Of a stretch of DNA of 41,864 nucleotides, positions 1 to 7,108 are shown piece by piece. The notes beneath the pieces were generated by a model. The model worked only from the letters and a program-made list of their open reading frames with translations. It did not search any database and was not told where the DNA came from. Within the stretch, counting starts at the first letter, position 1; each line of letters starts with the position of its first letter. Location of the stretch: the IMG/VR virus record IMGVR_UViG_3300030333_005104, positions 1 through 41,864 of that record. One strand, given 5' to 3'. The translations under genes were made by a program, and so were the position numbers. Origin of the DNA: a virus. Lineage: Duplodnaviria > Caudoviricetes.

Positions 1-2
1 GC

Positions 3-209
3 ACGCTGATACAGACTGGCATTCAGGCAGCTAGGTCTGGCGACTGGAAGAACCTGAAGCTAGCTACTGAAACGTGGAGGTCGTGGGATGAGCAGATGCG
101 AAAGAATCACGGCATTGATGAGAGGAAGGATAAGCCGCTTATCAACATTAACGTCATGGCAGCACTGCCTCCTAAGTCCCAACTGAAGCGGGCTGAGGTA
201 GATGCTTAA
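3..209 (+). CDS. 5'-truncated ORF, possible terminase small subunit C-terminus
   Basis: Frame open from base 3 to TAA at 207-209 (TLIQTGIQAARSGDWKNLK...DKPLININVMAALPPKSQLKRAEVDA). Helical segment followed by a short beta-like ININV tail as in many TerS proteins. No start codon in the window. Confidence 0.4.
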   Translation, partial: TLIQTGIQAARSGDWKNLKLATETWRSWDEQMRKNHGIDERKDKPLININVMAALPPKSQLKRAEVDA

Positions 210-223
210 CGGTTGCTGAAGGG

Positions 224-466
224 TTATCTAACCGTTTTAACCTCGGTTATCATTCCCGTAGGCAGGACTGTGTAGTCCCCTGAATCGCCATCTTTGTACT
301 GCGAGGTGGCTATAACGATAAAGTTATCCTCTACTCTTTTGAGTCTCCCGATGGTTTCGCATGATGATGGCTTTGCGTTTTTGGCTGATTCGCCTATGTA
401 CCCCACAGCATCGAGCCAAGTTACGGCTACGATCTGTCCTTTTGCGCGTGGAATCCTGACACCCAT
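224..466 (-). CDS. Hypothetical phage protein (small beta-rich fold)
   Basis: 80-aa ORF with VxWxD...TIG...IATS...LPxGMI pattern seen in small phage hypotheticals; last gene of the - strand operon. Confidence 0.75.
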   Translation of the reverse strand: MGVRIPRAKGQIVAVTWLDAVGYIGESAKNAKPSSCETIGRLKRVEDNFIVIATSQYKDGDSGDYTVLPTGMITEVKTVR

Positions 467-581
467 TCTGTGATGATACCAGACGGTGCGGTGGTGTCAT
501 CAATCTATCCACTCCCACCCGTACAGAGAGAACAGAGGAGGGGGGTGTTATATAGGATATAGGATATAGGCGGAGGATGAG

Positions 582-764
582 TTAGAGCTTGGGAAGCCGT
601 TTACGGCGTCTAGCAGCCTCCTCACGGCATTTTTCTGCCAGCTCAGGGTCATCGCGGCGGAGGGCTATGTAGGACGAGTCTAAGGCTGTGCTAGGGGCGT
701 TCCTGTCCATTAGGAACCCCCAAGCCGTTTTCTGCCAGTATTCCTTGTCGTATGGGCGTTTCAT
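582..764 (-). CDS. Hypothetical protein
   Basis: ATG at 764 (MKRPYDKEYWQK...) overlaps the stop of the upstream small ORF (ATGA coupling). Confidence 0.6.
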   Translation of the reverse strand: MKRPYDKEYWQKTAWGFLMDRNAPSTALDSSYIALRRDDPELAEKCREEAARRRKRLPKL

Positions 765-856
765 GTGAAGCACTGTGCGAACATCCGGTACAGCAGGTAG
801 GCGAAGGCGCAGGCTATCGCCATTTCGATTATTAGCTGTGCGGTGGACGGCTTCAC
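761..856 (-). CDS. Small putative membrane peptide (31 aa)
   Basis: GTG start coupled to the upstream stop (GTGA) and stop coupled to the next ATG; hydrophobic core LIIEMAIACAFAYLLY. Not in the ORF track. Confidence 0.45.
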   Translation of the reverse strand: MKPSTAQLIIEMAIACAFAYLLYRMFAQCFT

Positions 857-1113
857 CTTTTGGCCATTTCCTTCCACCTCTCCACCTCTGCTTCGAGCCT
901 AGCTATCCTGCTATCCTTTTCATCCATCTGATGGCGGACGGCCTCAAGGTAGAACCAAAGGTCAACCGCCTCATTTCGGCACTCAGTAACGATGTCGTCT
1001 CTCTCGTCCAGTATGCCGCCGTGTTCTTCCTGACCAGCGTTGTACTTGTGTGGGGCTATCTGATTGAACGCCTTCATGGCGTGGTCGCGAATTTGGTCTG
1101 GTGTCCTGCTCAT
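853..1113 (-). CDS. Hypothetical protein, possibly all-alpha NTP pyrophosphatase (MazG-like) fold
   Basis: Likely start MSRTPDQ at 1113; KY..G...G..L...D....E..NEAVDLWFYL pattern (ExxD-type helix) followed by a coiled coil. Confidence 0.55.
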   Translation of the reverse strand: MSRTPDQIRDHAMKAFNQIAPHKYNAGQEEHGGILDERDDIVTECRNEAVDLWFYLEAVRHQMDEKDSRIARLEAEVERWKEMAKR

Positions 1114-1115
1114 GT

Positions 1116-1289
1116 TTAACCTTCGGTTGTGATTCGTTGTTCGTCGGGTTCTTCTAGTCCGAGGCATGACCTGCAACGCCAGCCACTCCTTCCGTCCCAT
1201 TCCATCGGCCTGCCTATTCCGCTACAGTCGTAGCATAGGGGCGGGTCGAATAGCTCGTCTATGCTGAAGTCGTATTCCTTGAAGCTCAT
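1116..1289 (-). CDS. Small zinc-finger-like protein (57 aa)
   Basis: MSFKEYDFSIDELFDPPLCYDCSGIG...WRCRSCLG: two CxxCxG motifs; fills the gap between neighbours. Not in the ORF track. Confidence 0.6.
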   Translation of the reverse strand: MSFKEYDFSIDELFDPPLCYDCSGIGRPMEWDGRSGWRCRSCLGLEEPDEQRITTEG

Positions 1290-1456
1290 GCTTGGCTCCC
1301 CTTTTTAGCAGCCTTCTTCAGATAGCGTTTAAACTCCTGCTCCAGTTTTCGGCGGGATTCTCTGGCGGACATCCGTTCCTGATTTTTGTGTCCAACACCG
1401 TACTTGTCGTGGCTCAAGTCACCTGACCATACCATTCCTTCTTTTCCTTTACCCAT
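1286..1456 (-). CDS. Small basic hypothetical protein (56 aa)
   Basis: MGKGKEGMVWSGDLSHDKYGVGHK...KKAAKKGSQA; overlaps neighbours at both ends. Not in the ORF track. Confidence 0.5.
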   Translation of the reverse strand: MGKGKEGMVWSGDLSHDKYGVGHKNQERMSARESRRKLEQEFKRYLKKAAKKGSQA

Positions 1457-1853
1457 TGCTGGCTCCCTCCTGCTTGATTGCTGAGAGTGGGCGACCGCAG
1501 CAATGGCAGAACCGTTCGGGCATTGCGTCGTTGTCCATGTTGGCGATTCGGTCGCGCATTCTTGTCACTTTGACTTGGAGTCGCTTGTCCACTGAGGCCC
1601 AATCCCTAATGCGCCTACACCCGTTTAGCACTGAGCCGTGATCCCTGTTGGTCATCTTCCCGATGCTGCTAAGGGAATGGCCCATTTCACGCATAAGCCA
1701 GTAGGTTAGCATTCTCGCCTGAGCGATGTCGTCAGGGCGTTTCCTCCCAAGAATCTCCTCACGGGTTATTCCGGTTACGGACTCAACCAGACCGATGATC
1801 TCGTCGAAGTCCTTTCTAATGTCGCGAATAGTTGCTTCTGTTGTTGTTGTCAT
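1449..1853 (-). CDS. DnaA C-terminal (domain IV)-like HTH protein with C-terminal CxxC
   Basis: I...V....GITREEILGRKR...IAQAR....WLMRE..SLSSIG...RDHGSVL.G.RRI matches the Bac_DnaA_C signature (RDHxTV); ends with CHCCG. Confidence 0.85.
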   Translation of the reverse strand: MTTTTEATIRDIRKDFDEIIGLVESVTGITREEILGRKRPDDIAQARMLTYWLMREMGHSLSSIGKMTNRDHGSVLNGCRRIRDWASVDKRLQVKVTRMRDRIANMDNDAMPERFCHCCGRPLSAIKQEGASNG

Positions 1854-2443
1854 AATATCTTGAACTGTTTGGCTTCAGTCATGTCGATAAAGGCGTTAAG
1901 GCCAGTCATTTCACCGCCATTAACTGATGCGCTTGTTTTCGTTACTTCTTCTCGGAACCCGCAAGTCCAGTTCCCGTCCTTGTCAGATATTTGCTTGCTA
2001 AGGCAGATGCCTGAATTGGGGAGGACTAGCAGCCCCACGAACGGGCAGCGTAACCCCAAGGCAAGCTGCATCCCCCGATCCAGCTTGCTTTTAGTGATTA
2101 GCCACTCGCCGTTGTACGGCCCCATGAGCTTATCCAAGGTCATGTAGCGCGTTTTTATTTCCACCACTCCCTTGATGACGTTGCCCTTGAGAACCGAATA
2201 AAGGATGCCGTCAACATCTGCCGGTTCTTTCTGGTCAGTCTCAGCTAGGTTCAGAGAGGGGTAGGCGCGTAGGAATGCTTCTGATCCCTTACGCGCCCAT
2301 CGGATCGCATCTCGCCCTCGGGGCGTGTCAGCGTCCAAAGAGGAGGGGCCACAGCTGCGAACGTGAGAACCTGACGGAGATGGTAGGCCGTCAGGCAAGG
2401 AGGTGTCCGCATCGAGAGAGTGCTGTGGCCCCTTTGAACTCAT
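1850..2443 (-). CDS. PD-(D/E)XK-type nuclease-like protein
   Basis: PADVDGIL...VVEIKTR core. The first ~33 codons coincide with a large RNA hairpin, so the true start is uncertain. Confidence 0.7.
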   Translation of the reverse strand: MSSKGPQHSLDADTSLPDGLPSPSGSHVRSCGPSSLDADTPRGRDAIRWARKGSEAFLRAYPSLNLAETDQKEPADVDGILYSVLKGNVIKGVVEIKTRYMTLDKLMGPYNGEWLITKSKLDRGMQLALGLRCPFVGLLVLPNSGICLSKQISDKDGNWTCGFREEVTKTSASVNGGEMTGLNAFIDMTEAKQFKIL

Positions 2444-3123
2444 GGCCGAATGATCTCCTTCTTCAAGCCATTCGGGCCGTAATTAACTTTCTTGTTTGCT
2501 GGCAACTTTTCAGGAAGCCAATCTTTAAGGGCTTTGTGGAATGTAAGCCCCCAATCCAAATACTTTCTCGGCGTGTTCGTGGCCCAATCTTTGAACTCCG
2601 AAACAGCCGCGTCAAAGTCGATCCCTTCCTTCAGGCAGTACGCTCTGTGGGAATCGTTAGGAACCCAGCTAGCTGGCAACCTCCCAGCTACCCTACTCTC
2701 TTTTTCCTTATCCTTATCCTTATCCTTATCCTTATCCTTAATACTTGCCGAACCCTTTGGTAAGGGTTTGGCAAGGGTTTCTGTTTCCTTTAGGATTACG
2801 GGGAGTTTATGCTTTTCCAGCAGCTTAATCACTGAGGCGTGAGGCTTACTTGTGGTTGAGAGTTTTCCGTACTGGAACTCCACGAAGCCCCGAAGGTAAA
2901 CCTTGTTGTTGCCAAGGACTTCAACCCTATCACCAAAAGCCAAGAGATCACCCTCAGCTACCTCCTCTCCGATGCAAAAGCCCGCGAGCCGGTAGTTCGC
3001 TTCCCAAACCCCTGCATGGTCGCAGCGATCCGTCATATATTGCCAGAAGCATTTCAGGCGCGGACTGAGGTCTTGGAACCATTCCTTGTCCCACTTCTCA
3101 GTGCTTGTAAACCGCTTGGCCAT
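2440..3123 (-). CDS. Phage replication initiator (replisome organiser)
   Basis: N-terminal MAKRFT..EKW...WF..L...K.FW.Y..D.CDHAGVW winged-helix-like domain, KDKDKDKDKDKE linker, C-terminal helical domain (F..W...DW..TF...L); lies in the DnaB operon. Confidence 0.8.
   Translation of the reverse strand: MAKRFTSTEKWDKEWFQDLSPRLKCFWQYMTDRCDHAGVWEANYRLAGFCIGEEVAEGDLLAFGDRVEVLGNNKVYLRGFVEFQYGKLSTTSKPHASVIKLLEKHKLPVILKETETLAKPLPKGSASIKDKDKDKDKDKEKESRVAGRLPASWVPNDSHRAYCLKEGIDFDAAVSEFKDWATNTPRKYLDWGLTFHKALKDWLPEKLPANKKVNYGPNGLKKEIIRP
2706..2779. repeat. Putative origin: six CCTTA(T) hexamer units plus AACCCTT/AAGGGTT iterons inside the initiator gene
   Basis: CCTTAT units x6 at 2706-2740; palindrome AACCCTT-tggt-AAGGGTT at 2751-2768 and a further AAGGGTT at 2773-2779. 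Lambdoid-type origins lie inside the initiator gene. Confidence 0.7.
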
Positions 3124-4199
3124 TACGAAGCCCTCCTGATCCGAGGCTCCTGATGCTTCTCAGTCATTGCGCCCGAGAGAACTTCACTCATCCTGCGCTT
3201 GGCTTCCGTCGGCCCCATGCCAGTATGCTCCACGATTTCTCGCTGAAGCTTAGTCACCGACACTGAGCAGCTAGCTAGGAACCTCTCCGCACTGATCATC
3301 GACTCATCTTCCAACTCCTTGAAGGCCGATTCGGCACTGGAAATTGTTCTGGTCGGTGCAGGGGAAGATAGCTCCCAGCCTTCTATGGCATTAGGATTTT
3401 CTCGTAATAAATCTTTTGCGTGTGACTTAATAGCCTTGCACTTGGCCTCGATGGCGGGTATCGCGACCAGCAGCTCGGACAACTGGGAAGTAGAAAGCTC
3501 CGCTGCGTCACTGACCCTGCTGATTGCCTCCTGCTTTTTGTTTAACTCTGGGCAAAACCCCTTAGCCTTGCAGTATTTGCACTGCTTTTCGCCAGCGGAT
3601 AGGCTCGGATTCTCGGCCTCCATCTTGCGAAGCGTGTCAGTCACCCTCCTGCGAGCCTTCTTTATGCCCTTCAGGTCGTAGGTGAAAACCGTTGGGGTGC
3701 TACATCTGGGCTGAATCAGGGCCACCGTGATGTATTCCAAGTCATATTCGCAGTCCAATAGGGCCACATTCCACCTCATTTGGCCGTTTACACGGGCATG
3801 AGACACGGGCACTCTGCCGCATTTATAGTCCACAATTAGGGCTTTTTTGCCGTTAATTGCTACAAAATCAGCCTTTCCTGAGTAGCGATTGCCGCGATAC
3901 CACAGCCTTTCCTCCTTGATGATGATGGAAGGGGGGTTATCCCTCCACTCAGGAAATACAAAATCCATTACATCACATCGCTGCGACTCCATCTCCTTGG
4001 CTAAGGCCAGCTCGTCCCCTGATAGCTCGATGGCTTGGTCGTCCTCCAGCCATAAATGTATCCGGTTCCCCTCCTCAGCAGCTGCACTGCTAGTGTCCTT
4101 CAGCCCGCTTTCCATTTGGTGCTTACCGTGGCAAGCCTCATAGTCCTCGCCCTTGCTGGCGGATGGCTTACCCCCTCTCTCGTCCTTCAATTCTTTCAC
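3123..4199 (-). CDS. DUF2800 / Cas4-like PD-(D/E)XK exonuclease
   Basis: AAEEG..IH..LE, EERL, GKADF, IVDYKCG, NGQM, IQPR and GEKQCKYCKAK..CP motifs; adjacent to the SSB gene as usual for this family. Confidence 0.85.
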   Translation of the reverse strand: MKELKDERGGKPSASKGEDYEACHGKHQMESGLKDTSSAAAEEGNRIHLWLEDDQAIELSGDELALAKEMESQRCDVMDFVFPEWRDNPPSIIIKEERLWYRGNRYSGKADFVAINGKKALIVDYKCGRVPVSHARVNGQMRWNVALLDCEYDLEYITVALIQPRCSTPTVFTYDLKGIKKARRRVTDTLRKMEAENPSLSAGEKQCKYCKAKGFCPELNKKQEAISRVSDAAELSTSQLSELLVAIPAIEAKCKAIKSHAKDLLRENPNAIEGWELSSPAPTRTISSAESAFKELEDESMISAERFLASCSVSVTKLQREIVEHTGMGPTEAKRRMSEVLSGAMTEKHQEPRIRRAS

Positions 4200-4440
4200 T
4201 TGCTTTACTCCTTATTGCTATTGTTGAAATCTTAAACCCAGCGATGTCTAGTGCCGCCTCTAGTCCGCCGCTCTCGAAGAATGAATACAGGTTCATAACT
4301 ATTTCGGCGTCCTTGGATTTGAGGTTCTTGGCTGGGTTCGTGTCATCGTCGATTAGCCGCAGCGTCAGTGCTAGTCGGCGGTCGTGAACTGCTTGTTCAA
4401 TGACCGCCGCTAGCATCCGACGTGCGCCATAATCATCCAC
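4168..4440 (-). CDS. Hypothetical protein
   Basis: 90-aa ORF with L.AVI.QAV.D helix motif; GTG start directly after the SSB stop. Confidence 0.7.
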   Translation of the reverse strand: MDDYGARRMLAAVIEQAVHDRRLALTLRLIDDDTNPAKNLKSKDAEIVMNLYSFFESGGLEAALDIAGFKISTIAIRSKASERIEGRERG

Positions 4441-4929
4441 TTAGAACGCAACATCGTCCTCAGCGACTGCTTGTGCTAATGCAGGCTGAACATAGCCTCC
4501 ATCCTGCTTTTCAAACATATCAGCCGCCCCGCGATATTCTTTGAGTTCAACTATTTGGATTCCCTGAAGGCCGCACCCAACGCCCTTCTTGTTCTTGAAC
4601 GTCCAGTCATACGGACGAACGATTACGTTGGCAATCGTGCCATTGCCGATCCTAGCCAACTCCTCGCCCTCGATGGACTTCTTCATCGAATCAACCACCA
4701 TCACAGGGTTCTGCGCGGAGGGGGCGATGTAGTTGCCAACCTCAAGGTTAGGCTCTTTCTTGTCCTTGCCGTTCTTGACAGTTATGCCAGCGGCCTTCAG
4801 CTCCTTGACTTGTGCATCGGTCAACTTGATTACGTTGACGGTGTACTTATTGCTCAAGTCGGAGGGTTCATGGAGTTTAGCCCATTGAAGCTCAACTCCG
4901 TCCAGTCTTATGTTTTTATGTTCAGACAT
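4441..4929 (-). CDS. Single-stranded DNA-binding protein, T7 gp2.5/DUF2815-like
   Basis: WAKL.EP....KY, P..VD, IGNGT..NV, KGVG.GLQGIQI..L.EY and an acidic tail ending DDVAF. Confidence 0.88.
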   Translation of the reverse strand: MSEHKNIRLDGVELQWAKLHEPSDLSNKYTVNVIKLTDAQVKELKAAGITVKNGKDKKEPNLEVGNYIAPSAQNPVMVVDSMKKSIEGEELARIGNGTIANVIVRPYDWTFKNKKGVGCGLQGIQIVELKEYRGAADMFEKQDGGYVQPALAQAVAEDDVAF

Positions 4930-4961
4930 GTTTTTGGTTTCTGTTTTTTTGGTTAACCTCC

Positions 4962-5309
4962 CTACACGGGAGAAATTTTCGTTAGGCGCACAATGGCCCC
5001 CTCGTCACCCTTTTCCACCCTCCTTACTTTCACCGTTATCTGCGGTATCTGCTGCCAGTTGTCGTCCGACGGCCACGATGCAATCGCAGATTGTTGCCAA
5101 GGCTCCGTCGAGGTCGCGCCTTCGCCGGTCTGATACAAGGATTTCAACTTCGAGTACATATCCTTCGTAGCCAGCTCCATCCATTGCCGTGCTTTTGGGG
5201 CGGTTACTAGCCTTTTCCCAGCGATTATTTTTTTGTTTTTGAACGCTGGAACGTGTCCGATCCCATGGATGAGGATGACCGTTGAGTCTGAAGTATTCAT
5301 CTGCTTCAT
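4962..5309 (-). CDS. RusA-like resolvase, frame A (N-terminal P..KN motif and C-terminal DD/beta strands)
   Basis: GHVPAFKN...KARQW at the N-terminus and SDDNWQQI...V.KGDEGAIVRL at the C-terminus; lacks the central DxD motif. Confidence 0.65.
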   Translation of the reverse strand: MKQMNTSDSTVILIHGIGHVPAFKNKKIIAGKRLVTAPKARQWMELATKDMYSKLKSLYQTGEGATSTEPWQQSAIASWPSDDNWQQIPQITVKVRRVEKGDEGAIVRLTKISPV

Positions 5310-5331
5310 GCTGCGTCAGCTTGTGCGTCAT
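5005..5331 (-). CDS. RusA-like resolvase, overlapping frame B (central catalytic motif)
   Basis: VLEVEILVSDRRRRDLDGALATICDCIV matches the RusA DRRRRDLDN...D segment; 108 codons open with its own ATG. Confidence 0.6.
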   Translation of the reverse strand: MTHKLTQHEADEYFRLNGHPHPWDRTRSSVQKQKNNRWEKASNRPKSTAMDGAGYEGYVLEVEILVSDRRRRDLDGALATICDCIVAVGRQLAADTADNGESKEGGKG

Positions 5332-6628
5332 TGGTTGAGAAGTATTCAGGGTTGCTGTACTTGGTGAGTGTCGCGTCCCACTTCAGCTCAACGATTCCAG
5401 TGGGGCCGGTTCGGTGCTTAGCTATGTCTAGCTCAGTAATTGATCCGCCTTTCTCCCGACTAAGCAAAAGAACAACATCCGCGTCTTGCTCGATTGCACC
5501 AGAATCCCTCAAGTGCCTAAGTGATGGCTTACCGTCCTCAGCTGTCCGAGATAGCTGGGACAGCACGAGGACAGGTACGCCAAGCTCCTTCGCTACAGAC
5601 TTTATTGCGCTGGAGATACGGCTGACTTCTTGAACGCGGGACTCCGCTTTCGCCTGTAGCAGCTGGAGGTAGTCAATTACTAGCAGCTTCACTCCGTCTC
5701 GGAGAACCATCCGCCTGCAAATCGCAGCCATCTCCATAATGTTCAGGCCCGCCCTGTCGTTTATGAAGAGTGGGGACTTGGACGCCTTCCCAGCAGCAAC
5801 AGTTAGATTGACTAAATCCCTCTCGGAGAGGTTTCCCGTCATCAATTTATGCCCGTCAATCTGGCTCTGTGAGGAAAATATCCTCTTCATCAACGAGGCC
5901 GCTGTCATTTCCAAAGAAAGAAAACCGACGGGTATGCCCTTCTCAAAGCAAGCATGTTCGGCTATATTCAGCGCGAGAGCCGTCTTGCCCATGCTAGGTC
6001 TAGCAGCTAGGACAATCATGTCGCCCGATTGCAACCCGCCGGTTTGTTTGTCGAGGGCAGCGAAGCCTGTAGGGACACCAGTGCATTTGCCCTTTTGTTC
6101 AAATGCACTTTCGATTTGGCCTAAAGCCTCACGAACTATGTCCTTAGTGGTGGCTTCGCTGCCCGCATCGGCATCGTGAAGCAGGGGGGTCAGGGTGGAA
6201 CCTGCCTCGCTCAACCGAAAATCATCATCTCCCTCGCCGCTTATAGTCTGTAAAATAAGGTGCGCTGCTGACTGATAATCCCTCAATTTGGCCTTCTTTT
6301 TAATCGTGGCCAATGCTGGGGAGTATGAGGGGCTAGCTGCATTGTTAACCATGCCGATAACGTAGGGCACATCGCCAATAGCCATTCGCCCCCCGTCAAG
6401 TGACTTAGCCTCCTCAAGAACCGAGGGGACGGTGACAGGGATTTGCCGGTCGCGCATATCACATAAAAGGTTGTACAGATTGGCGTGCCTCAAATCGTAG
6501 AACTCTTCTCCGCGCAGCTTCACTGCGGTATCGTCTATTAGCTCAGGGTCGAGAATTAGTATGCCGAGCATCTGACGCTCGTACTCCTCGCTCCATGCCG
6601 CCGCTTTATTTTGCATCTCCCCGACCAT
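5306..6628 (-). CDS. dnaB: Replicative DNA helicase, DnaB family
   Basis: N-terminal DnaB domain; GVPTGF..LD, LAARPSMGKT (Walker A), SLEM, VIDYLQL, LSQLSR, LRDSGAIEQDAD, AKHR.GP.G. Confidence 0.97.
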   Translation of the reverse strand: MVGEMQNKAAAWSEEYERQMLGILILDPELIDDTAVKLRGEEFYDLRHANLYNLLCDMRDRQIPVTVPSVLEEAKSLDGGRMAIGDVPYVIGMVNNAASPSYSPALATIKKKAKLRDYQSAAHLILQTISGEGDDDFRLSEAGSTLTPLLHDADAGSEATTKDIVREALGQIESAFEQKGKCTGVPTGFAALDKQTGGLQSGDMIVLAARPSMGKTALALNIAEHACFEKGIPVGFLSLEMTAASLMKRIFSSQSQIDGHKLMTGNLSERDLVNLTVAAGKASKSPLFINDRAGLNIMEMAAICRRMVLRDGVKLLVIDYLQLLQAKAESRVQEVSRISSAIKSVAKELGVPVLVLSQLSRTAEDGKPSLRHLRDSGAIEQDADVVLLLSREKGGSITELDIAKHRTGPTGIVELKWDATLTKYSNPEYFSTNDAQADAA

Positions 6629-6779
6629 ATCTCTCCTTTAGTTTCTTTAATTCAGCCTGTATGCACAATCGGATCAGGCTTGAGATCGGTGATTTAGTTA
6701 ACTCCTTCACCGCCTCAAGCTCGGCTCTCGTCTCCTCGTCCACCCGCAAGCAGATGGCCCTGTCCTTTTTTGATCGCAC
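6606..6779 (-). CDS. Ribbon-helix-helix (Arc/CopG-like) regulator
   Basis: KDRAICLRVDEETRAELE......SPISSLIRLCI is a beta-helix-helix pattern; likely GTG start at 6779, 7 nt downstream of a -10-like hexamer. Confidence 0.75.
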   Translation of the reverse strand: MRSKKDRAICLRVDEETRAELEAVKELTKSPISSLIRLCIQAELKKLKERYGRGDAK

Positions 6780-6786
6780 AGCGCGT

Positions 6787-6814
6787 ATAATAATGTATGC
6801 CGTTTGTAATGCAA
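6787..6814 (-). promoter_or_regulatory. Sigma70-like promoter for the replication operon (probably leaderless)
   Basis: - strand TTGCAT-16 nt-TATTAT-7 nt-GTG in an AT-rich divergent intergenic region; overlaps the near-palindrome TTGTAATGCAA. Confidence 0.5.
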
Positions 6815-7108
6815 ACAAAAAAGTGACTAATCTGGGCATAAGTTATTCACATGTTTGGGATAGTGCCGCCACTCCCAGTGTAATACAAAATAATTGCAGC
6901 GGGGTGCTGGACAATTTAGCTGTTTATGGTAAAAAGGAACTGCACCCGCGAAGTGCCTAAATTCGCAACTGTTAGCCCTAAGCAGCTTGGCGACCTGCAC
7001 GGCCCTATTTCGGCGTGGCCACCGGAACAACACGGGAGAGGTATGTACCCGTGCCGAGTGGCCGACTTCATATCCTTCTGTTTAACCTAAAACAAAAGAT
7101 AAACCGAT

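Noticed and set aside
3123-4199. Cas4-like gene as part of a CRISPR-Cas system
   Set aside because: No array or other cas genes; the context beside SSB indicates a phage recombination nuclease.
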